From the IMG/VR virus record IMGVR_UViG_3300037200_000039: a stretch of DNA of 64,000 nucleotides; one strand, 5' to 3'. Shown here piece after piece: positions 8,137-14,890 of this stretch. Under the pieces are notes generated by a model that did no database searches, was not told where the DNA came from, and was given only the letters and a program-made list of their open reading frames with translations. Made by a program: the position numbers and the translations under genes. Each line of letters starts with the position of its first letter. The stretch's first letter is position 1. Source of the stretch: an uncultured virus (IMG/VR IMGVR_UViG_3300037200_000039). Its lineage: Duplodnaviria; Heunggongvirae; Uroviricota; Caudoviricetes.

Positions 8137-9230
8137 GTGCTATTACCGCACGGCCCATGGAACCGGATACTCCAATTGGTGAGCGCAAACCCCGGCCCCA
8201 TCACCACACCAAACAACGAACCATCCGGCAGCCATTGCGCCACCGCAGCAACCCGGTTACTCAACTGCGATTCCGGATACCCCGGCACATTAAAATGCGT
8301 CAACTGCTGTAACCCCGATCCATCCGCATTCATCAACATAAACTCAGTCTTCAAATTTAGTACGTTATACCCAGCAGCATCCGGATACGGAACCGACGAC
8401 ATGAACGCAATCTTCTTGCCATTCGGCGAGTACAACCCGTGCTCATCCCATACCGTCGGCGTAGCGGTCAACTGCTCGAGCGCCCCAGTCACTACATTGA
8501 TCGACCACTGATCCATGCCATACGCCCCGATCGGTGGCGCAAGCCCAATATCCGTCGAGATCAACAACGTCTCATTATCCGGCGCGAAGTTCCCGGGCTC
8601 AATCCAAGTCGCACCCGCAGGGGTTATGTCGCGAATGTTCGCAAACGCCGGCACCCCAGACGTCACCACCCAATCCGCTACCATCAAACGCCACACCCCA
8701 AATGCCGCGCTCGAACTCACCCCACCAGACATCTGCGCCCACACTGCGGTATTCCCATCCGACGTGAACGCTACCCCCGTATATCCATCCCCCGCAGCAC
8801 TCACATCAAAGTCCGTCAACTGCACCCACCTCAAGCCATCCGGCGTCACCGCCCAAATGTTCAGCCATACCCCACTCTGCAAAAACCCAATCTTCAACCC
8901 CTGCGGCAGCCATGCGTCCGCATACCCCTCCTGCTCCACCCCCACAATCAACCAAGCACCCGATGGATGCGCGCATAACTCCAACTTGTTCAAGCCCACC
9001 GCCGGCCCACCAGGCACCTGCGTCGCACTTAACGGCGTCGACACACCCTGCGCATCCACACTGTAAATCTGATAAATCCCCGCTGCATCCGGCTGCGTCA
9101 CATAACACGCAGTATGACCCGGCAATAACGTCAGATTCTGATACACCGTCTCCAACTGCGCCACCGATTCCACCGCACACGCATGATGATGATGATGATG
9201 ACGCTGCGCCTGGTTCTGCTCAGTGGTCAT
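8133..9230 (-). CDS. TolB/PD40-like beta-propeller protein with an N-terminal His6 tract
   Basis: Repeats FTSDG, FAPDN, YSPNGKKIAFMS, MNADGSGLQQLT, WLPDG; start at MTTEQNQAQRHHHHHH. Confidence 0.8.
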   Translation of the reverse strand: MTTEQNQAQRHHHHHHACAVESVAQLETVYQNLTLLPGHTACYVTQPDAAGIYQIYSVDAQGVSTPLSATQVPGGPAVGLNKLELCAHPSGAWLIVGVEQEGYADAWLPQGLKIGFLQSGVWLNIWAVTPDGLRWVQLTDFDVSAAGDGYTGVAFTSDGNTAVWAQMSGGVSSSAAFGVWRLMVADWVVTSGVPAFANIRDITPAGATWIEPGNFAPDNETLLISTDIGLAPPIGAYGMDQWSINVVTGALEQLTATPTVWDEHGLYSPNGKKIAFMSSVPYPDAAGYNVLNLKTEFMLMNADGSGLQQLTHFNVPGYPESQLSNRVAAVAQWLPDGSLFGVVMGPGFALTNWSIRFHGPCGNST

Positions 9231-9438
9231 GGCCGTTCCATCCCACATCGAACGTCGTAGGCGTAGGCACAATCACTGTTGCTGCTGGATGCTGCTGCGC
9301 TAACACATGCCGCAATTGCCACGTTATCCAATTGGTGACCGAGCGCCCGTCCGCCGCCGCCGCACGACTTATCAGATCAAACTCCAGCGCATCCAGATAT
9401 ACATGCACATCACGTTTGCCCTTGCCAGGTCTGGTCAT
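9220..9438 (-). CDS. Ribbon-helix-helix (Arc/CopG-like) protein
   Basis: VHVYLD..EFDLISRAAAADGRSVTNWI. Confidence 0.7.
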   Translation of the reverse strand: MTRPGKGKRDVHVYLDALEFDLISRAAAADGRSVTNWITWQLRHVLAQQHPAATVIVPTPTTFDVGWNGHDH

Positions 9439-9893
9439 TGCAGCACCGCTCCGTTGGTGGCTACCGGCCCCGTTAGCTGCCCGCTCGCCGCCCGCGCGGC
9501 TGCCATCTCGGCCATCCACTGCACCGCACCCGGATAACACTTCACACAGAACGCATAGCTCGCTCCTCCAGCAACGACCACGCGTTCATCATCGTACATG
9601 CATGGCACATCACACCGCTGACACACCGCGTCCGAGTCATCATACGGCTCATCGTCAGCCAGTACCTGCATCACCTCCGGCACTACCGCTGCCCCACTCG
9701 GAGCCACAGCCAATCGACTCCGCGAACGTAACTCAATCACCCACCGAATGGCATACTCAGCAATGCGCGGAATCGGCTGCACACTCGCACAGTAACGAGT
9801 GATCGTCCGAATGTTCACCAATAACTCGTCAGCCGCCTTGCGCTGCGATAGCCCATGCGCCGCTAGATGCGCCTTCAATTCCTCACCAGTCAT
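9435..9893 (-). CDS. XRE-like HTH protein with a C-terminal CxxC-CxxC
   Basis: MTGEELKAHLAAHGLSQRKAADELLVNIRTITRY; CQRC...CVKC; GAGG upstream. Confidence 0.78.
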   Translation of the reverse strand: MTGEELKAHLAAHGLSQRKAADELLVNIRTITRYCASVQPIPRIAEYAIRWVIELRSRSRLAVAPSGAAVVPEVMQVLADDEPYDDSDAVCQRCDVPCMYDDERVVVAGGASYAFCVKCYPGAVQWMAEMAAARAASGQLTGPVATNGAVLQ

Positions 9894-9929
9894 ATCATTC
9901 ACCTCGATATAGCCTTTATACCATCCCAT

Positions 9930-10218
9930 GGTTTAATGCCATTGTCAATATGTCATGTCTGTCAGACTTTATGCCATATGGTGATTTGTCTATTACGACT
10001 TTAAACCATATGAATGGCATTAAACCATCGGTGTAATGCCATCGGTAGGTATATTGCCATCGGTAATTTGTCTATTAAGACTTTGCGCCATCGGTATATA
10101 GTCTAGTTGAGTCATATTGCCATCGGTGTAATGTCATATCAGACAATAAACCGATGGTATATTGCCTTATAAGGACGTTTTGCCATACGGTATATTGCCT
10201 TATATACGGCTTATTGCC
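9930..10218. repeat. Array of 18 pseudo-palindromic 11-bp boxes G(G/A/T)Y-N5-RYC
   Basis: Boxes start at 9930, 9944, 9965, 9980, 9997, 10016, 10030, 10048, 10062, 10079, 10093, 10111, 10125, 10142, 10156, 10174, 10189 and 10208 (e.g. ggtatattgcc three times). Confidence 0.85.
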
Positions 10219-10240
10219 ATATGTCCTGGTGGCAAAATTA

Positions 10241-10330
10241 GGGTCCCATCCCCTATATCAACGCGGGGCGCAGGACCGGTACTTCGGGTCCCGATCATTA
10301 GGAAAAAGGGGGGTGCCACCCCCTCAAAAA
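10241..10330 (-). other. GC-rich hairpin flanked by A/T runs, plus two GGGTCCC motifs; terminator or packaging-site candidate
   Basis: aaaaaggggggtgccaccccctcaaaaa at about 10303-10330; gggtccc at 10241 and 10286. Confidence 0.4.
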
Positions 10331-10654
10331 CCTGCCACCATCGCGCCGGCTGGATCTCCAGGACCATCCGTTGCATGCGCGCGTCGCTCGACTCGCGTCT
10401 GTGCATAACCTGTGAATAGCGCGTTTCGATTCGCGTTGCGTCGGCATTACGCGCGTATGTCATTGATATCATTGCAATGCTGCGAATGCACATGATTTAA
10501 CATAATAGTTATTATACGAAGTTGCAGTGCAGCATTCATGCTGGCATGGCGTGCGTCATGACGACATGGAGCGCTTCCCAAGTTTTGGCGAGCTCGCGTC
10601 CGCCGACGCTGATTGCCCCCCCTTCGAGGCGGTTTCTCCTGCGTTGCAACAAAG

Positions 10655-10685
10655 TTATCCACAGGTTATCCACAGGTTATCCACA
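10655..10685 (+). promoter_or_regulatory. Three perfect tandem DnaA boxes
   Basis: TTATCCACA at 10655, 10666 and 10677 (11-bp period). Confidence 0.85.
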
Positions 10686-10772
10686 GGCGAGTCGCCATTT
10701 GGCTACTGAAAAGTGGCCATTTGTCTGGCGAGTCGCCATTTGGCTACTGAAAAGTGGCCATTTGTCTGGCGA
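10686..10772 (+). repeat. 41-bp tandem repeat, 2 copies
   Basis: ggcgagtcgccatttggctactgaaaagtggccatttgtct at 10686 and 10727. Confidence 0.95.
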
Positions 10773-10910
10773 TAGACACTCAAGCCCATTAACGTCTATC
10801 AAAATGGGCTTGAGTGTCTATCGAGCGTCTATCGAGTGTCTATCACCCTTATTCTTATATTATTAATAATAATAGAGTTATTTATATGATAGACGCCTAT
10901 AGACGCATAT
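10771..10910. other. Putative replication origin: 20-bp inverted repeat, GTCTATC iterons and an AT-rich tract
   Basis: gatagacactcaagcccatt (10771-10790) pairs with aatgggcttgagtgtctatc (10803-10822); gagYgtctatc three times at 10812-10844; AT-rich about 10849-10890; inverted atagacgc twice after it. Confidence 0.6.
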
Positions 10911-11111
10911 ATGTAACGTTATGCGCACATGGAAGTGAGGGGTATTGTGGGGGGTACGATTAGAAGCTAAGAGTTTTAAACTATAACCTGGAAGCGGTTT
11001 TGGCGTCACACGTGCGTTATTGTCAACAATATCAATGACCTAAGGCGTGACACTCACTTACAAGCCGCTATTATCTACAGCCGCTTGAGTTCCTGGCAGT
11101 GAAACCCGGAG

Positions 11112-11197
11112 CGATGAAATCGATGCACATAGTGGTGGTTGACAAGTATCGCAACGATGAAATCGATGCACATAGTGGTGGTTGACAAGTATCGCAA
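11112..11197 (+). repeat. 43-bp tandem repeat, 2 copies, each containing TTGACA
   Basis: cgatgaaatcgatgcacatagtggtggttgacaagtatcgcaa at 11112 and 11155. Confidence 0.95.
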
Positions 11198-11265
11198 CGA
11201 GGTGGGAGTATCAACGGGGCGGGAGTATTGCAACGCGGGTCGATATAGGAGGTCAGATGCATGTA

Positions 11266-11307
11266 GCACAGTGGGAGATGCGTGGGGCACAGTGGGAGAT
11301 GCGTGGG
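11266..11307 (+). repeat. 21-bp tandem repeat, 2 copies
   Basis: gcacagtgggagatgcgtggg twice. Confidence 0.9.
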
Positions 11308-11323
11308 GCACAGGGTGATAGTT

Positions 11324-11560
11324 ATGCCAAGTAAGAAGCCAACAATGGTGGTGCGGATGGACCAAGGGTTATTGGACCGGGTGCGGGCGGCGGCGGCCTT
11401 GGCGACCCGTACACCGACCAACTTTGTGTTACGTCTGATCCAGGAAGGCGTGCCCATGCCAGCGCCGCCGGCGCCGCAAGAGTCCGGCTCGAGGCCGGAG
11501 TCTGGTGAGTCAGGTCACGGTGCTGGAAGTGGAGTCCAAGGCCGGAGTCTGGGTCGGTGA
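11324..11560 (+). CDS. Ribbon-helix-helix (Arc-like) protein
   Basis: KPTMVVRMDQGLLDRVRAAAA..TRTPTNFVLRLI. Confidence 0.7.
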   Translation: MPSKKPTMVVRMDQGLLDRVRAAAALATRTPTNFVLRLIQEGVPMPAPPAPQESGSRPESGESGHGAGSGVQGRSLGR

Positions 11561-11859
11561 GTATGCTTAACGTCAAGATCAAGTTTGATCCGCTGCACAT
11601 GGTGGGGTTGGACAAGTTGGCGGCCGAGCGTGGTCAGACGCGCAGCGCGCTGGTGCGCTCGATGGTGTACACCTGTCTAGTGCGGGAACTGGGCGCGGCT
11701 CAGCATAGCGGCGTGCCGTTTAAGTTACTCGAGCCTCCCACGTGTCCCAAGCGCTTCCTGCAGCACCTGTTCCGGGTAGTCGATGGGCGTTGGGTGAACA
11801 CCAATGAATATGGGATACCGCTAGAGGGGGCGGCACCCGTGACTGAGCGGCGCGCGTGA
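11557..11859 (+). CDS. CopG-like ribbon-helix-helix protein
   Basis: VKIKFD....GLDKLAAERGQTRSALVRSMV. Confidence 0.72.
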   Translation: MSMLNVKIKFDPLHMVGLDKLAAERGQTRSALVRSMVYTCLVRELGAAQHSGVPFKLLEPPTCPKRFLQHLFRVVDGRWVNTNEYGIPLEGAAPVTERRA

Positions 11860-12167
11860 GCACGCCACGGCGTGTGGTGTGCATGCGGCGGCAGCGTGAG
11901 TTGCCCTATGAGCAACGCGTAGCGGAGCAGTTAGCGGTGGGGGACCACGCTTGGGTATCGTTTGACGGGCGTTATGCGCTGCCGGTGACGGTGCTGGAAG
12001 TGGCTAAGCGGCATTACACGGTGCGGATCGAGTGTGATGCGCCGCGCGACCGTAGCTGGCGGCGCTGCCGCTTGCGTCCGGTGCGCGTGGGCCGGCAGCA
12101 CAGTCTATTCTTGGACGAGGTGCGCAGCACGCCGCAGGCCGCGTGCGTGAATTGCGTTAGTTTCTAG
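11856..12167 (+). CDS. Hypothetical protein
   Basis: 103 aa, GTGA-coupled. Confidence 0.55.
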   Translation: MSTPRRVVCMRRQRELPYEQRVAEQLAVGDHAWVSFDGRYALPVTVLEVAKRHYTVRIECDAPRDRSWRRCRLRPVRVGRQHSLFLDEVRSTPQAACVNCVSF

Positions 12168-12219
12168 AGTCGCGTTGGCAGTCGATGTCCAAAACTGAGA
12201 TGGCGGCGCTGGCATGGGC

Positions 12220-12272
12220 CTTAAAAATATTTTCAAATAATCGTTGACAACGCAAGCGGCTGTAGATATAGT
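12220..12272 (+). promoter_or_regulatory. Strong sigma70-type promoter with UP element
   Basis: TTGACA (12244)-N17-TATAGT (12267), preceded by ttaaaaatattttcaaataa. Confidence 0.8.
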
Positions 12273-12362
12273 CTTCCCACATCGCAAACGGGTTGCGATG
12301 AAACCAGGAGACTACGACCATGACCAATGGGCGACGCTGCAACGCATTAGGAGGATGAGCAA

Positions 12363-12593
12363 ATGACACTCACCGAACTCGAACGGCGCGCACGCATTAC
12401 CTATCTGCTGGCACGCCTCAAGAAGCACCCAGCAGGAGACGGCATCGGCATGGCGGAACTCGTCGCGGAAATCATCGAGCTTCACAACTCGCGCCCGCGG
12501 CGCCGCGTCGGCGATGCCTGCATTCAGGGTTGGACCTACATCGAGCCACATGGCATGCGCCAGGGGCGGGATTGGGAGGGTAGCCAGCCATGA
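12363..12593 (+). CDS. Hypothetical protein
   Basis: AGGAGG upstream; 76 aa. Confidence 0.65.
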   Translation: MTLTELERRARITYLLARLKKHPAGDGIGMAELVAEIIELHNSRPRRRVGDACIQGWTYIEPHGMRQGRDWEGSQP

Positions 12594-12658
12594 TTCCATT
12601 CATATTCGTTTGCCTCTGGTTGGTGTTGGTGATGATACTCACCGGGGCGGAGCAGTGA
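12590..12658 (+). CDS. 22-aa hydrophobic peptide
   Basis: MIPFIFVCLWLVLVMILTGAEQ; GGAGG upstream, 4-nt overlaps on both sides. Confidence 0.4.
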   Translation: MIPFIFVCLWLVLVMILTGAEQ

Positions 12659-12834
12659 GGCCCGCAGACGCAAGAGCGCTGGCATACCGATTAGTGGGCC
12701 AGGCGCTGGCTTGCAAGGACACGTCAATTAGCGCAGAGGAGGCCAAATTAATCTTGTGCGAGCTGGCGGAAGTGGCGGACCTCGTGCTGGCCGAGCTCAA
12801 GCATGAAGCGACGCCCGCGCCGCCAGCGCGATAA
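12655..12834 (+). CDS. Hypothetical protein
   Basis: GTG at 12655, MRPADARALAYRL... Confidence 0.5.
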   Translation: MRPADARALAYRLVGQALACKDTSISAEEAKLILCELAEVADLVLAELKHEATPAPPAR

Positions 12835-12863
12835 CGGCCCATGCGCGGGCCAATCGGCGTACA

Positions 12864-14246
12864 GTGACCAGCATGTGTATTGGCGGTATTGGATTGGCTG
12901 GCGCGCTCACCCTCACTCCGAGCGCGGGCACGGTGGCAGGCAGCATCACGTTGCAGGGGCTGGCCGTTGGGTTTTTGACGGTGGAAGTCTCGTATAACGA
13001 CATGCTGTTCGGGCGTGCTACGCCCGCCGCCGATGGCGCCTTCGCAATCACTTTCAGCACCCTGAGCCTGCCGGATGGCCCGGATACCCTGGCGGTGGCC
13101 GCCTACAATGCCGCTGCAGGTCAGCCATATACCCTGACGGCTGCGGCTGCGTGGAGCGTGACCGTCGGCAACAGTGCCATTAATATCGAGAGCCATGGCG
13201 CTGTAGCGGATGGCACGACTGACAATATCACCGCCATTACCAATGCGATTGCTGCGGCGGCAACCGCGGGTGTCTCGGTATATGTACCGGCCGGCACCTT
13301 CGCCTTTGGCAACATCATATCGCTCACTGGCACCAAGATGTTTGGCGTCGGAGTAGCCTCGGTGCTATATGCCCTCGATTACAACAACGAAGCGATCTTC
13401 CTGTATGGCAGCGGCTCCCAGGTGAGACAACTGACGCTGACCGGTGCCACCGCGCCAGCACGCCTGTCACCGTGGCAGGCGACGCATATCACCGCTTTTG
13501 GGGCCAGCAACTTTGTGATCGATCACGTTAACATTGTGGGTTCGGCCGCGGCTGGCATACAACTGGCTAATGTGCAGGTAACGAATGGCGCTGGATCTAG
13601 CAATGGGATGATCACGAATAACACGCTCACCGGGACGTTTGCGGATTCGATCCACATGACCGCGTGGGCGAGTTTTATTCACGTTGAGGGCAACACCATT
13701 GTAGGCTCAGGGGATGACGGTATAGCGGTGGTCAGTTACGACTATGATAGCGGCGTTACGCACGACATAACGGCAATCAACAATGTTATAACCGGCAATG
13801 TCAATGGCCGTTCAATGTCAGTGGTCGGTGGCGAGAATGTGCTCTATCAGAACAACTATTTAGCCAATGATACGTTGGCGGCTGGCGTATATATTGCGCA
13901 GGAGAGCAGCTACAACACCTATGGCTGCACGAATGTAACTGTTGAGTTCAATACGATCGTAAATTGTGGCAATTACACTATCGGACATGCGCCGGTGATG
14001 ATAATTACCACGGGGTCTGGGTCTAATACGGATATTAATCTAATCAGCAACCAGATCGTCATAACCACTAATAATTACTACGGCGTGCGCGTATATGGCA
14101 ATAACACTCCGCCGATCGTGCTGAATTATAATCAGATCATTGGCACCCCTAGCCCGTATGACATAGAGGATACGGGAGTGACCCTGAATCCTTACGTGTC
14201 GGGTGCGGTGGGCTATGTGGCAGCGCCAGTGCTGCCGATTCCGTAG
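12864..14246 (+). CDS. Ig-like domain plus right-handed beta-helix (pectate-lyase-3-like) protein
   Basis: LPDGPDTLAVAAYNAA (Ig-like); INIESHGAVADGTTDN...VYVPAGTF; Asn-ladder repeats; GDDGIAVVSY. Confidence 0.85.
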   Translation: MTSMCIGGIGLAGALTLTPSAGTVAGSITLQGLAVGFLTVEVSYNDMLFGRATPAADGAFAITFSTLSLPDGPDTLAVAAYNAAAGQPYTLTAAAAWSVTVGNSAINIESHGAVADGTTDNITAITNAIAAAATAGVSVYVPAGTFAFGNIISLTGTKMFGVGVASVLYALDYNNEAIFLYGSGSQVRQLTLTGATAPARLSPWQATHITAFGASNFVIDHVNIVGSAAAGIQLANVQVTNGAGSSNGMITNNTLTGTFADSIHMTAWASFIHVEGNTIVGSGDDGIAVVSYDYDSGVTHDITAINNVITGNVNGRSMSVVGGENVLYQNNYLANDTLAAGVYIAQESSYNTYGCTNVTVEFNTIVNCGNYTIGHAPVMIITTGSGSNTDINLISNQIVITTNNYYGVRVYGNNTPPIVLNYNQIIGTPSPYDIEDTGVTLNPYVSGAVGYVAAPVLPIP

Positions 14247-14261
14247 CGGAGAGGTGAAACA

Positions 14262-14507
14262 ATGAAACTGACTGGCGATCGCTGCCGCTGCTCCACGTGC
14301 CACGAGTACTTCAACTCGAGCGCGGCGTTTGATAAGCACCGCATAGGCGCCTACACGCCGGGAAGCAGGCGCTGTCGCTCGGCCGAAGAGATGGCCACCG
14401 CTGGCATGGCCCGAAACGCCAAGAACTTCTGGGTCACCGAAAAATTTGACGCCGTAGCTTTTGGGAGAGTTGTTTCAGCGGCGATCTACCAGACCCCTAG
14501 GGGGTAG
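14262..14507 (+). CDS. Phage zinc-binding protein, FDxHR type
   Basis: CRCSTCHEYFNSSAAFDKHRIG...RRC. Confidence 0.8.
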   Translation: MKLTGDRCRCSTCHEYFNSSAAFDKHRIGAYTPGSRRCRSAEEMATAGMARNAKNFWVTEKFDAVAFGRVVSAAIYQTPRG

Positions 14508-14541
14508 TAGGGGGTACGATATCGCGACGGGTATCTCCTCA

Positions 14542-14557
14542 CGTTCCACGTGAAACA
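14542..14557. promoter_or_regulatory. parS-like palindrome
   Basis: CGTTCCACGTGAAACA, 15/16 match to the bacterial consensus TGTTNCACGTGAAACA; intergenic. Confidence 0.7.
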
Positions 14558-14692
14558 TAGGGTAGCCGTGGCGTCAAGCGCACCGGCTCCAGCCGCGCTC
14601 AATTTAACTTTACACGGCGCCGGGTGGGGTCTACATTCGGGGCTTCTCCGAAGCGCACATACACATATACCGTGACCGTGGGAAGTACCACC

Positions 14693-14878
14693 ATGAATGA
14701 AACCCGCCGCGAGCCGCTGCTCCGAGGGCGCCGTATCGCGCTCACTATCACATTGGACCCGCAAGTGCTTGCCGCGCTCGGCGTCATTGGCGAGGGCAAC
14801 CGCTCCAAGGCCGTCGAGACCCTGGTCAAGTGGTACCTTGCGGCCGCGCCTATTGCCCCTGATCTGCCGATTCCGTAG
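14693..14878 (+). CDS. Small RHH-like protein
   Basis: RIALTITLDPQVLAAL...GNRSKAVETLV. Confidence 0.65.
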   Translation: MNETRREPLLRGRRIALTITLDPQVLAALGVIGEGNRSKAVETLVKWYLAAAPIAPDLPIP

Positions 14879-14890
14879 CCAACCCACCCC

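Noticed and set aside
7905..9802. Long plus-strand ORFs (8137, 8439, 8515, 8912)
   Set aside because: Pro/His/Thr-rich by-products of the C/A skew opposite real minus-strand genes.
9930..11307. Repeats as a possible CRISPR array
   Set aside because: No constant repeat with unique spacers of uniform length, and no cas genes.
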